Shown here: positions 1 through 10,425 of the stretch, in pieces
How the letters are laid out: each line of letters opens with the position of its first letter
Position numbering within the stretch: position 1 is the stretch's first letter
Assembly: GCA_027339965.1 (NCBI GenBank)
Contig: DAHWNL010000078.1
Location: forward strand, 96,001 to 160,000
From: Granulicella sp.
GTDB taxonomy: Bacteria; Acidobacteriota; Terriglobia; Terriglobales; Acidobacteriaceae
Length of the DNA stretch: 64,000 nt
Direction: 5' to 3'
Notes under the pieces: model-generated
Databases searched by the model: none
Told to the model about the DNA's origin: nothing
What the model saw: only the letters and a program-made list of their open reading frames with translations
Made by a program: the position numbers and the translations under genes

Positions 1-286
1 GGCGCCCGCTTGTTCCGTATAGGCATCTCGTTTTTACCCATCTCCCAGCTTGCCACATCCCAGCCCAGCATCCATGCTGCGCTTCTTTCAAATCCGGCTG
101 CCAGAGCAAAGCCTTTTGTCCGTCAACAGGCTAGCACAAGAAAGATCAACGACATCGCAAACGATCTTCGTCCAACAAATTACCTGACTCCTGTCAGACT
201 GAAATGCTTCTTTGCGGACTTGCGGGCACCCTGTGACACGCCATCAAGGAACGGAAGTCAGTACGAAAGGCTTTGAAAGTTCTATC

Positions 287-316
287 TTGACAAACGCAAC
301 GCTGGCTGCATAGCAT
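287..316 (+). promoter_or_regulatory. Putative sigma70 promoter of the TBDR/glycosidase locus
   Basis: TTGACA (287-292), an 18-nt spacer, then TAGCAT (311-316), immediately upstream of a palindromic operator. Confidence 0.6.
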
Positions 317-329
317 TTTGTCGGATTCG

Positions 330-343
330 TGACAGCGCTGTCA
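330..343. promoter_or_regulatory. LacI-family-like operator
   Basis: Perfect 14-bp palindrome TGACAGCGCTGTCA with a central GCGC, just downstream of the predicted transcription start of a sugar-utilisation operon. Confidence 0.7.
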
Positions 344-610
344 ATCTTATTTGACGGACAAAGCTCCTCTCTCCCGGAGAAGAAATAAGGAGGGTGAGTT
401 TTTCGCAACTGCCTCATCAGCGCAAGACCGTTTTGACCCATTCGCGCAAGCCGGGTGGCCTTGCTGAACGACCATCCTTCGCCCGGGAAGGCTAGCGGTC
501 TGTGAATACCCGAGGATTCCCCCTGAGGCTTCTCCTTCAGAGTTCTCAGGGGTCTGTATGAGAAATCTCAATGCCGGGCAAGCGCGGCAGGGGGCCGTAG
601 GAGGAACACA

Positions 611-3600
611 ATGAGCCATGGAAAATCCCAACACTCAGCGTTTCGACCAATGGTTGGAAACCTATGCTGGCAATCTCATCTCCTTTATCTTGCAGTACTC
701 GCACTACTGACGCTGCCGCTGGTAACGCCAGTCTGTGGGCAGGAGTTTCGCGCTACGATTACCGGCGAGGTGCAAGATCCATCAGGCGCCGTCATTCAGA
801 ACGCGAAGGTCACGGCGGTCAATGTTGACACCAAGGTCTCCGCCTCGGCAAAAACAGATACCCGGGGCGTCTATTCGCTGCTTTATCTGCTGCCTGGAAC
901 CTATACCGTTACAGCTACGGCACCGCGCTTTCAAACCGAAGTTTACAACCGCGTCCGTCTGGATTCAGCCCAACAATTGGGTCTCAACCTGACCCTGAAG
1001 CCTGGCAGCGTCTCTCAGCAGGTGGTGGTGACAGAAGGATCTGTTGAACTGGATACCGTCTCTGCCAGCACCGGGGGCGTCCTGGACCAATTGAAGGTGG
1101 AAAACATGCCAACCGTCGGCCTGATGGTCTGGGATGACGTGGTTTTGACCCAGGGCATCAGCTACTCCAATAATGGAGGGCTGTTTAACCTCACTCTTCG
1201 GAACAACTCCGACAGCTATGCGGCTGCCGGAGCACAGACCGACGAAAATGCCTTTTTTGTCAATGGAGTTCCTGTAAGCGATCAAGGAAGCTGGTACATC
1301 ACTCCCAACATGGCGTCGGTGCAACAGATGCAATCCAGCGTCATGCCCTACGATGCACAATATGGGAGGACCGGGGGCGCTGTATTCAACGCCAACGTCA
1401 AGGACGGAACCAACGAGTACCATGGAGCGGTTTACGACTACTACGGCAACTCCGCCTTGAATGCGAATACCTGGGAGAATAACCTGACTGGAATCCGCAA
1501 GCCCATTAACACCCGTGACACATGGGGCGCCCAGACCGGCGGACCGATCCGTAAAGACAAGACTTTCTTCTTTGGCTCCTACGAGCAATTCGACCAGCAT
1601 GAACCGATGGACGTGACGTCTACCGTGCCGACTGCAGCAGAGGCCGGCGGAGACTTCTCCGGGAGCGGCTACACCATCTACGATCCCAATTCGACCGCGT
1701 GCATCAAGAAGAGCGCATCCGGCGGCTGCACTACGTATGGAAGAACCGAGTTTCCTAACGACACCATCCCTGCCGGCGAGATCAGTCCTATTGGCAAGGC
1801 CATTATTGGCTTGTTTCCCAAGCCAAACAACTCAGCCATCCTGGACAACTACATCGTGGCCGCCCCCAACATCTATGGATACACGCAGTTCATCGGCCGA
1901 GTAGATCAAAACTTTTCGCAGAATACCCGCATGTATGGAGTATTTTTATACCAATATAACGATGACACCACGGGCGGTAACGGGTTTCCAGGCCTCGGAT
2001 GGGACGGGGCCCACGACACCGGCACCGACTACACTGGCATTCTGGACTGGACCCATATCTTTTCGCCAAACCTGGTTGCTGATTTGAAGGCTGGATACAC
2101 GCGTGACTCCTCGATGAATGAAAATGGAGTGACCGTGAGCCAAAATTTCACCGCCGGCAAGGTGGGTCTCACGGACCCCGCGGTGGCAACCTCCTCGCTC
2201 GGGATCATGCCGGAGATTTTTATGACCGATGCGACACAGATCTTCGGCAATACGGACAACGGGAAAATGGATGCCGATGCGGACTTTTCCGGAAGCATCA
2301 CCCAGCTTCTCGGTCGCCATAGCCTGCACTACGGGGCTGAATTTGAGGATGTCCAAGCGGCCCCCACCGGTGTCCTGGGAGATCCCTACGGAAGCTTCAC
2401 CTTCAATTCCGCCTTCTCCCAGGAAAACCCCACGCAACCCGTCGTAGGCGAGGGCAACGAGTTTGCCGATCTACTCCTCGGTTACCCAGCCTCGGGCGGT
2501 GTCAACTGGGATGAACCGACCTTTGTCACCGTCCACTACTACGCCCTGTTTGTCCAGGATGAATACCACGCTCTTCCCAACCTGACCTTGAATCTCGGCT
2601 TGCGCTGGGATGTTGAATTGTCACCACGAGACCGCCATAACCGCATCAACGCGGGCTTTTGCCTTACCTGCACCAACCCCCTCACCAATTCTGTCAACTT
2701 TGCCAATGCCCCTGATCTCTCCAGCCCGTTATTGGGCGGACTTCAGTTTGCCGGAGTGAATGGAGAGCCAAGCACGCCCTTTGCCGTGCAATGGAACAAC
2801 TGGCAGCCCAGAATCGGCTTTAGCTGGCAACCCATAGCCAATACCGTCATTCGCGGCGGCTTCGGACTGTATTACCCGTGGGAGACCCCGGACGTTGATG
2901 ATATCGGCTTCAGCCAAACGACGCCCTTCACGCCAACGCTCGACAACCCTAACCCGTATACTCCCGACAACTACTTCAACTCCGGCACACCGTATCCGGA
3001 CGGCGCCACAGCTCCCACCGGATCTTCGCTTGGCCTGGAAACCGACGCAGGCGACGGCATCTCGTACAATGACCTGAACCGCCAGTTGCGCCGAACCCAA
3101 CACTGGTCTTTTGGCGTGCAGCGTGCCTTGCCTGCCGGCATGGTGCTCGATGTTGAGTATCTGGGCACCCAAGTCCAGCATGTCCCCGTGAATATCCCTC
3201 TAGGCATCATCTCAACTGCCTTACAACAGGCCTGCTATGCGGACCTCTCCCAGTGCGAAACACTGGTGAAGAACCCGTTTTTTGGAGTGTTACCCAGAAA
3301 CACTCCATTGGGCGCCTCTCCAAGGATTCCTGATTGGGAGCTGAAGCGAGGCTATCCTCTCTTCGACGGTGTCACCGAAGAAAGGGTTCCTTCGGGAAGC
3401 ACTCACTACAACTCTCTCAATGTACGCGTGGAAAGTCGCGTAAAGAAGTTTGATTTCATCTTCAATTACATCTACTCCAACTGGATGGATAGAGATGCCT
3501 ATCTCAATGCAGGCGACTTCATTTACCCGGACTATCTCATCAGCGAGCTCGATAGCAACGATAGAAGAAACTCTTTGAACACGGACGCGGTTCTACCCGT

Positions 3601-4111
3601 ACCTGGCCTCAGACGCGGCGGACCGGTCGTGCGATATTTCACCAAGGACTGGCTCTTCGATTCTCTCCTGCTGTGGCAGACCGGCGCTCCTGTTGGCCTG
3701 CCCTCAGGCACCTTTAACTTTGGCGCACCTGGCTGCGCCAGCTATTCGCCTCCCGGAGGCCAAACTCGTGCCCACTGGTTCAACAACAATCCAGGCTGTT
3801 GGACGCCCCTCGCCGACTGGCAGGCTCGGACGACTCCGCCAGAGCTGGGTTATATACGCGCTCCAGGCTTCATTCAATGGAATCCATCGATCAATCGAGT
3901 CTTCCCTCTTCCTCGTCAAGGCATGTATCTTCAGTTCCGGTTGGAGGCGTTGAACGGCTCCAACCATCCCACTTGGCGCGAGCCCAGCACGGATATTGCC
4001 GACAAGCCTACCTTTTCGCCCAGAACCAGCTGGACCGGCCTGGGAACCCTGCCGAACTCTCAAGGAAACACACCGCGGCAAATCATTGCGTCGGTCAAGA
4101 TCGTCTTCTAA
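611..4111 (+). CDS. TonB-dependent receptor (Oar-like, N-terminal carboxypeptidase-regulatory-like domain)
   Basis: 1166 aa; AGGAGG RBS; signal peptide; ITGEVQDPSGAVI...LLPGTY N-domain; YDAQYGRTGG, LNLGLRWD and QPRIGFSW motifs; C-terminal KIVF beta-signal. Confidence 0.92.
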   Translation: MSHGKSQHSAFRPMVGNLCWQSHLLYLAVLALLTLPLVTPVCGQEFRATITGEVQDPSGAVIQNAKVTAVNVDTKVSASAKTDTRGVYSLLYLLPGTYTVTATAPRFQTEVYNRVRLDSAQQLGLNLTLKPGSVSQQVVVTEGSVELDTVSASTGGVLDQLKVENMPTVGLMVWDDVVLTQGISYSNNGGLFNLTLRNNSDSYAAAGAQTDENAFFVNGVPVSDQGSWYITPNMASVQQMQSSVMPYDAQYGRTGGAVFNANVKDGTNEYHGAVYDYYGNSALNANTWENNLTGIRKPINTRDTWGAQTGGPIRKDKTFFFGSYEQFDQHEPMDVTSTVPTAAEAGGDFSGSGYTIYDPNSTACIKKSASGGCTTYGRTEFPNDTIPAGEISPIGKAIIGLFPKPNNSAILDNYIVAAPNIYGYTQFIGRVDQNFSQNTRMYGVFLYQYNDDTTGGNGFPGLGWDGAHDTGTDYTGILDWTHIFSPNLVADLKAGYTRDSSMNENGVTVSQNFTAGKVGLTDPAVATSSLGIMPEIFMTDATQIFGNTDNGKMDADADFSGSITQLLGRHSLHYGAEFEDVQAAPTGVLGDPYGSFTFNSAFSQENPTQPVVGEGNEFADLLLGYPASGGVNWDEPTFVTVHYYALFVQDEYHALPNLTLNLGLRWDVELSPRDRHNRINAGFCLTCTNPLTNSVNFANAPDLSSPLLGGLQFAGVNGEPSTPFAVQWNNWQPRIGFSWQPIANTVIRGGFGLYYPWETPDVDDIGFSQTTPFTPTLDNPNPYTPDNYFNSGTPYPDGATAPTGSSLGLETDAGDGISYNDLNRQLRRTQHWSFGVQRALPAGMVLDVEYLGTQVQHVPVNIPLGIISTALQQACYADLSQCETLVKNPFFGVLPRNTPLGASPRIPDWELKRGYPLFDGVTEERVPSGSTHYNSLNVRVESRVKKFDFIFNYIYSNWMDRDAYLNAGDFIYPDYLISELDSNDRRNSLNTDAVLPVPGLRRGGPVVRYFTKDWLFDSLLLWQTGAPVGLPSGTFNFGAPGCASYSPPGGQTRAHWFNNNPGCWTPLADWQARTTPPELGYIRAPGFIQWNPSINRVFPLPRQGMYLQFRLEALNGSNHPTWREPSTDIADKPTFSPRTSWTGLGTLPNSQGNTPRQIIASVKIVF

Positions 4112-4359
4112 CCAGGAACAAACGGGCCAATCCGCCGGCTGGAGATCATGAATCTAAGGCCATGCGGGCACCAAACGTCGGGCACATCAACTCGTCTTGA
4201 AGGAAAAAGGAACGGATTCTCGTTCTCTTCCCGGGAGGGTCAACCGTAACGCTTAGCGGAAGTACATTCAATCCGCTGCGCGTCAATTGCCGTGCTGATC
4301 ATCTGCCGCATCTTTCAAGTTTTTGCTTACCCGCTTCATCTGCTCCGAGGATCGACACC

Positions 4360-6612
4360 ATGTCTTCATCTCTGCTTTCATTCCGCGTAAAATTCTTCCC
4401 CGCGAAGCTGCTCCAGACATTGCTTGTGCTCATCTGCTGTCCATCCCTTTCCAGCGCCCAGCAGCACTACCAGTACCCTTTTCAAAATCCGGATGTGCCT
4501 ACCGAGCAACGCATCACCGATCTGCTCTCCCGGATGACGCTCGATGAAAAGATTGACATGCTCAGCAATGAGGCTCTCTCCGCGGGCATGATGTCTTCGA
4601 GCGATGTTCCTCGTCTTGGAGTTGTGGGAACGGGACATATCGAGGGCTTGCACGGCGTGTCTCTGGGCGGCCCTGGCCACTGGCAAGGAGCCGGTAAAAC
4701 AGTGATCCCCTCCACGCAATTTCCGCAATCGCGCGGCCTGGGGCAAACCTGGGATCCGGCCCTCCTGGAGCAGGCAGGCGGCGTGGAGGGGTTTGAAGCC
4801 CGCTATATCACTGGACGCTATCATCGCGGCGGGCTCATCGTGCGCGCTCCCAACGCTGATTTAGCGCGCGATCCTCGCTGGGGACGGAGTGAGGAGTCCT
4901 ACGGCGAGGATCCTTATGAGACCGGCACGATGGCCGCAGCTTACGTAAAAGGTTTGCAGGGCAATAATCCGCATTACCTGCTCTCCGCCTCGCTCCTGAA
5001 GCATTTCCTCGCTAACAGCAATGAGAATGGACGAACCAACGGCTCGTCGAACTTTGATGAACAACTCTTCCGCGAATACTATTCGGTTCCCTTCCGCATG
5101 GCCATCGAGCAGGCCCATGCCTCAGGATTTATGACCGCCTATAACGCCTGGAACGGGATTCCCATGGCAGTGCAGCCGGTCCTCAAGAATGTGGTCATCA
5201 AAGAGTGGGGATTTGACGGCATCATTTGTTCGGATGGCGGCGCGATTACCAATCTGGTGACGCAGCACCACTACTACAAGACTCTGCCGGAGGCCATTGC
5301 AGGCGCCGTTCATGCGGGCGTCAACGAGTTCATCGATAACTATGCCAGGACCACGCAGGCGACCCGTGAGGCAGTTGCAGAGGGCTTGCTGACCGAGCCG
5401 GATATCGACACCGATCTGCGCGGCCTGATCCGGGTGATGATCCGGCTCGGACTGCTGGATCCCGCAAGCCACGTTCCATATTCAGGAATCGGTATCTCGG
5501 ATGTGGATCCCGCAAAGGGCGATCCTTGGTACTGGCAGTCGCACAAGGATTTGGCCCGCAAGGCCACGGATGAGTCCATTGTTCTGCTGAAGAATGACCA
5601 TGGGATGCTTCCGCTTGACGCCGGCAAGCTCAAATCGATCGCAGTCATTGGTCCCGATGCGGACAAGGTGCTGGAGGATCTTTACGGCGGAACGCCGCCC
5701 TACGCCGTCAGTCCACTTGACGGCATCCGCCGACGCGCCGGATCCGCTGTAACCGTCAACTTTGCCTCAGGTGCCGATCTGGATGAAGCCAAAGAGCTGG
5801 CACAGCAGTCCGATGTAGCTGTCGTGATCATCGGCAACAGTCCGGCCTGTGGAGGTACGGGATGGCATCACTGTAACCTGCCGAGCGAGGGCCATGAGGG
5901 TGTGGACCGCACTTCGTTATCGCTCGAACAGGAAGAGATTGCAAAAGCCGTGTTTGCGGCCAATCCGCATACCATCGTTGTCCTCAATGCAAGCTTTCCG
6001 TATACGACTACATGGTCACAACAACACGTTCCGGCGATCCTCGAGATGACCCATGGAAGTCAGGAAGAGGGGAATGGATTGGCCGACGTTCTGTTCGGGG
6101 ACTACGATCCGGCCGGCCGGCTCACGGAAACCTGGGTGGCTTCCATGGATCAGCTGCCGCCCATGAAGGATTACGACCTTCGCCACGGACGGACCTACAT
6201 GTATCTGCGCCAGAAGCCGCTCTACCCGTTTGGTTACGGGCTGAGCTACACGACCTTCCGGTATTCGAAGCTGCACATCAGTTCCATGACCTTGCACTCT
6301 GGCGGCACTGTCAACGTCAAGGTGGATGTAAGCAACATCGGTCAACGTGCCGGTGATGAGGTGGTTCAGCTCTACGTGACCCACCTCAATTCCAAGATCG
6401 AGCGGCCGATTCAACAGCTCAACGGCTTTGATCGCATTCATCTTGCTCCCGGTGAAACCAGGACCGTGAGCCTGACGCTCACCGCCAATTCCCTGCGTTA
6501 TTGGGATGACACGGCCAGCCGTTGGGTGCTGGAGCCGGATCAGGTAGAGATTCGAGTCGGCGCTTCCTCAGAGGATATTCGCGCCAGGCAAACAATCCAT
6601 GTCGTCCCATAA
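4360..6612 (+). CDS. Glycoside hydrolase family 3 (beta-glucosidase/beta-xylosidase) with Fn3-like C-domain
   Basis: RDPRWGRSEESYGEDP, KHF, SDGG nucleophile region, ESIVLLKN and PLYPFGYGLSYT motifs; signal peptide. Confidence 0.93.
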   Translation: MSSSLLSFRVKFFPAKLLQTLLVLICCPSLSSAQQHYQYPFQNPDVPTEQRITDLLSRMTLDEKIDMLSNEALSAGMMSSSDVPRLGVVGTGHIEGLHGVSLGGPGHWQGAGKTVIPSTQFPQSRGLGQTWDPALLEQAGGVEGFEARYITGRYHRGGLIVRAPNADLARDPRWGRSEESYGEDPYETGTMAAAYVKGLQGNNPHYLLSASLLKHFLANSNENGRTNGSSNFDEQLFREYYSVPFRMAIEQAHASGFMTAYNAWNGIPMAVQPVLKNVVIKEWGFDGIICSDGGAITNLVTQHHYYKTLPEAIAGAVHAGVNEFIDNYARTTQATREAVAEGLLTEPDIDTDLRGLIRVMIRLGLLDPASHVPYSGIGISDVDPAKGDPWYWQSHKDLARKATDESIVLLKNDHGMLPLDAGKLKSIAVIGPDADKVLEDLYGGTPPYAVSPLDGIRRRAGSAVTVNFASGADLDEAKELAQQSDVAVVIIGNSPACGGTGWHHCNLPSEGHEGVDRTSLSLEQEEIAKAVFAANPHTIVVLNASFPYTTTWSQQHVPAILEMTHGSQEEGNGLADVLFGDYDPAGRLTETWVASMDQLPPMKDYDLRHGRTYMYLRQKPLYPFGYGLSYTTFRYSKLHISSMTLHSGGTVNVKVDVSNIGQRAGDEVVQLYVTHLNSKIERPIQQLNGFDRIHLAPGETRTVSLTLTANSLRYWDDTASRWVLEPDQVEIRVGASSEDIRARQTIHVVP

Positions 6613-6937
6613 GACGCGCCGCCTCCACTCTCAAAAGGGAGGCCAGGAAGTCTCCTCCTTGGACTCAAAGGCTGCTCTTCGCCCTCGGGCCATCTTGGAA
6701 TCCATTGCGCTCTGGTGAGCAAAGTCTCTTGCGACAGCACGCCGGTAGCCCAGAACAGCATCCGTCTTGGCCATCTCATGGAGGTGTGCTCTTGAGGTAA
6801 CATCGGATTAGCATAGGCTCCTCTGGAACTCTGGATGCTTCCATGCTTGCTGCATCCGTCACGTCCTTCAGAAATCCATCGGCATTGTCGTCCTCAACGC
6901 ATCGCGGACTGCAATTGCAAACCTGCAAGGTGTCTTT

Positions 6938-8860
6938 ATGTTGGAACGCAGAAGGTTTGTCAAAACGGCCAGCATGGCAGCCGCCGGAGTCATTGCTTCT
7001 CGTCATCCGCTCGCGGCGCAAATCGCCGCGCGGTCCACGGTCCACAACGATACCCGCCTTCACTATGTCTCGGACAGCATCGAAGCTCAGTTTTCCGCAA
7101 CCGCTCCGGAGTTCCTGAGCCTCCACATCGACGGGCTTGGGAAGGGCAGGCGCGGCGCGAACATTCTACAGTCGCTCGGACCCATGAGCGGCTATCTGGT
7201 TTCAGCCTCCAGGTCTGGATCAACCCTGCGGGTGGAATACCGCAGCAACCTGGCCGACGCTGCTTCGCGCCCCATGTGGACGGTGGAGTGCAGTGGCAAC
7301 AAGATCGTGCTCAGCTCCGCGTGGAACCCAAATGTTCAGCCGGCCCCGTTCTCTTTTCATTTCAATCTGAACCAAGCTCACAGCACAGTCCTCGCCTTGT
7401 TCCGCAAGGACGGCCTGCTGGCATTGCCGGCGCTCATGCATGTTCCCGGGCAGGGCTCCATGCGCCTCACGGCCAACGTACCCAGCTTCGGGCTGACCTA
7501 TGACTCCAGCCGCTCGCAACAGACTGCCGATCTGTCGCTTCCAGGGGCAACTTTGCCTTTCCAGACGGTGGCCTACACGCTGGAAGTAGTAGCCATCTAT
7601 CCAAATTTGCCGGGGATCGGCGGAGATGCGTGTTTCGATCCATTTCGCCGCGGTTGGCTTGATGTACTGCAACTCAATCCCACCGTGCAAGCACTGGCCA
7701 ACAACACCGCCAGCGACTCCTGCGCGTTCTGCTACTACGAGTTCGCGGACATTGCCGCGCTTTCACCCCCACTGGTCGGGGAACTGACGGCGCTTGCGAT
7801 CGTTCGCCAGACTTTGGATCGGATCCTGGCGGGAGGGTTCGCCTACGGGATGCCCGCAGTACCCGACCATCCGGGGACGACTTCGGATACTTATCCGTCC
7901 TTGGTGATTGCCGCAGCCAACTGTGCCCGCGATGGCGGCGGCGAGGAATGGTTGAAAACCAACTATGAAGGTATTCGTAGCTGGACAGAATCGATGCTCG
8001 CTACGGACAACAATGGCAATGGCCTTATCAAATACTGCGTAAGTGGAAACTCGAGCATCTGGCCCAATGGCAACCCTCCCTATCGACCATCCAATTGGTG
8101 GGACACGATTGGATTCGGGTACGAAGACGCCTATGGCAACGCCCTGGCCTATCGTGCTCTGCGCAACATGGCGATGATGGCGAAAAGAGCAGGGAAAGAT
8201 GCCGATTACGCTCGCTATCTGGCTATCGCGCAAAAGCTGCGCGACGCGTACTTCAAATGTTTTTTCGATCCGGCCACCGGCGTCCTGGGGGGGTGGCGAA
8301 GCAAGGATGGACACCTTCACGACTTCTATTTTCTGTTTGTCAGCGGCATCGCCATTCACTATGGGCTGATTCGGAAGGCGCAAGCAAACGCCATCATGGA
8401 CAAGCTGCTGGCCAAGATGCGTGAGGTAGGGTACACGAACTTCCACCTCGGCCTGCCCGGCAACCTGATCACTGTCGCACTGCCGGACTGTGTGGACAAA
8501 CGCGGCAAAGGCCGCTTTGGCTGCGGCGTCCGCCCGGATAACTCTGATGGTTTTGAAAACTACGAAAACGGTGGCGCCACTGGAGCTTTCGCCTTCTTCA
8601 CCCTTGCAGCACTCTATGATCTGGGACGCAAGCAGGAGGCGGACAAAATACTGTTTGCCATGCTGGACGAATACGACAAAAATGGCTTTTCACAGCGGGC
8701 TGCGGATGGATTGTCTACCGACTGGCGGCGTTGGGATGGAACTCCTACCGGTTACGAGGGCCTGCTCACCGACGACTACTACGCCATGCTCGCAGTTCCC
8801 TTGCGCCAGTCCGAGATCGTCTGGAAGAGCAGCTACCGTCCGGCTACCAACCTGACCTGA
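6938..8860 (+). CDS. Tat-exported putative (alpha/alpha)6-barrel glycoside hydrolase, family unassigned
   Basis: ERRRFVK twin-arginine leader; DNNGNGL and NWWDTIGFGYEDAYGNALAYRAL segments typical of six-hairpin glycosidases; sits in a sugar locus. Confidence 0.6.
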   Translation: MLERRRFVKTASMAAAGVIASRHPLAAQIAARSTVHNDTRLHYVSDSIEAQFSATAPEFLSLHIDGLGKGRRGANILQSLGPMSGYLVSASRSGSTLRVEYRSNLADAASRPMWTVECSGNKIVLSSAWNPNVQPAPFSFHFNLNQAHSTVLALFRKDGLLALPALMHVPGQGSMRLTANVPSFGLTYDSSRSQQTADLSLPGATLPFQTVAYTLEVVAIYPNLPGIGGDACFDPFRRGWLDVLQLNPTVQALANNTASDSCAFCYYEFADIAALSPPLVGELTALAIVRQTLDRILAGGFAYGMPAVPDHPGTTSDTYPSLVIAAANCARDGGGEEWLKTNYEGIRSWTESMLATDNNGNGLIKYCVSGNSSIWPNGNPPYRPSNWWDTIGFGYEDAYGNALAYRALRNMAMMAKRAGKDADYARYLAIAQKLRDAYFKCFFDPATGVLGGWRSKDGHLHDFYFLFVSGIAIHYGLIRKAQANAIMDKLLAKMREVGYTNFHLGLPGNLITVALPDCVDKRGKGRFGCGVRPDNSDGFENYENGGATGAFAFFTLAALYDLGRKQEADKILFAMLDEYDKNGFSQRAADGLSTDWRRWDGTPTGYEGLLTDDYYAMLAVPLRQSEIVWKSSYRPATNLT

Positions 8861-8880
8861 CCGGGGCAGACAGGAACAAG

Positions 8881-10194
8881 ATGAACTCTCGAACAGGCGA
8901 GAAGAGCGATGCCGAGCTGCTCACTGATCCACAATCACATCACTCAAACTGGGCGGGCAATATTGTCTTCAAGGCTTCTCAACGCAGCGAACCTGCGGCT
9001 GTGGAAGAGTTGCAGCGGCTGATCAAGGTTTGTTCCCGCATCAAGGCGTTGGGCACTCTTCACTCTTTCCACAATATTGCCGACACCCTGGGCATGCACC
9101 TCTCGCTGCGACGCTTCGATGAGATGACGCTGGATCCTGCCGTCCGGACAGTGTCCGTGGGAGCGGGTGTGCGTTATGGAGAGCTGGTAGCCTGGCTGCA
9201 CGCAAAAGGATACGCACTCAAGAATCTCGCCTCGCTGCCGCACATCAGCGTCGCGGGGGCCTGCGCCACCGCCACGCACGGCTCCGGGCTTGGAAACCAA
9301 TGCCTCTCTGCGGAGGTGGCAGCTATCGAGTTTGTTGATGGCCGCGGCGAACGGATCGCCTGGACGCGCCAGAGCGAGCCCCAGAAATTGGCAGCCTCGG
9401 TTGTAGCGTTGGGAGCGTTGGGAGTCGTGACACGGGTGACGCTCGATGTGGTCGCCACCTTCTCTATAGCGCAGACCGTTTATGAGAACCTTTCTCTGGA
9501 TTCCCTGGACAGGCACTGGGAAGAGGTTCTTGGAGCAGGCTACAGCGTGAGCTTGTTTACTGATTGGCGGCAGAATCGAATCAAGCAGATCTGGGTCAAG
9601 CGAAAACTTGCCCAAAGCGGAGAAACAGATCCGCCTGAGAGCCTGTTTGGCGCGCTACGGCAAAAGGACAAGCTTCATCCTCTACCGGGGCATGCCCCGG
9701 AGCCTTGTACGGAACAGATGGGACAGCCCGGCCCATGGTTTCAGCGGCTACCGCATTTTCGAATGGACTTTACGCCATCCAGCGGCGCGGAGCTGCAAAC
9801 GGAATACTTCGTGCCGCTCCATCGGGGCATGGAAGCACTGCTCGCGGTACAACGGCTGGGTGCGGCCATCTCACCGCATCTGCAGATCTCTGAGATCCGG
9901 ACCGTTGCCGCGGATAATCTGTGGATGAGCATGGCCTGCGAGCGGGACTCCCTTGCCATTCACTTCACCTGGCAGCCTCATGGAGAAGCCGTGCAGCGTT
10001 TGCTGCCGCAGATCGAAGCCAGCCTGGCGCCTTTCAAGGCTCGGCCCCACTGGGGCAAACTGTTTAGCATGCCCCGCGAGCGTCTGCAGGAGCTCTATCC
10101 TCGCTTCCATGATTTTGTCGCGCTGGTGAAGCACTGCGATCCGGAGGGAAAGTTCCGCAACGCCTACTTGGATCGATATCTTCTCGGAGATTGA
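8881..10194 (+). CDS. FAD-linked sugar-alcohol/aldonolactone oxidase (alditol/xylitol oxidase-like)
   Basis: NWAGN, GTLHSF (covalent-FAD His), NLASLPHISVAGACATATHGSG, ELQTEY and RPHWGK motifs; start moved to ATG 8881. Confidence 0.85.
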   Translation: MNSRTGEKSDAELLTDPQSHHSNWAGNIVFKASQRSEPAAVEELQRLIKVCSRIKALGTLHSFHNIADTLGMHLSLRRFDEMTLDPAVRTVSVGAGVRYGELVAWLHAKGYALKNLASLPHISVAGACATATHGSGLGNQCLSAEVAAIEFVDGRGERIAWTRQSEPQKLAASVVALGALGVVTRVTLDVVATFSIAQTVYENLSLDSLDRHWEEVLGAGYSVSLFTDWRQNRIKQIWVKRKLAQSGETDPPESLFGALRQKDKLHPLPGHAPEPCTEQMGQPGPWFQRLPHFRMDFTPSSGAELQTEYFVPLHRGMEALLAVQRLGAAISPHLQISEIRTVAADNLWMSMACERDSLAIHFTWQPHGEAVQRLLPQIEASLAPFKARPHWGKLFSMPRERLQELYPRFHDFVALVKHCDPEGKFRNAYLDRYLLGD

Positions 10195-10425
10195 ATCGAT
10201 TCATCTATCGGCGCAACAGCGGCCTTGTCATGATCCGGACAGCAAAAGGCTTCGGTTGTGGCTTTTGGGGCTGAGGGGTTTGGCCATGCCTGGCCTACCG
10301 CTGCTCCAGATGAAGGTTGCGCTCGGCTGCCCGCTCCGTGTCTCAAGCGACGATCTGCTCACGCAAAGCCGGCGCCGATCGATTTGACACACCCCATCTT
10401 GGAAAATAGATGATGATAGACGAAT

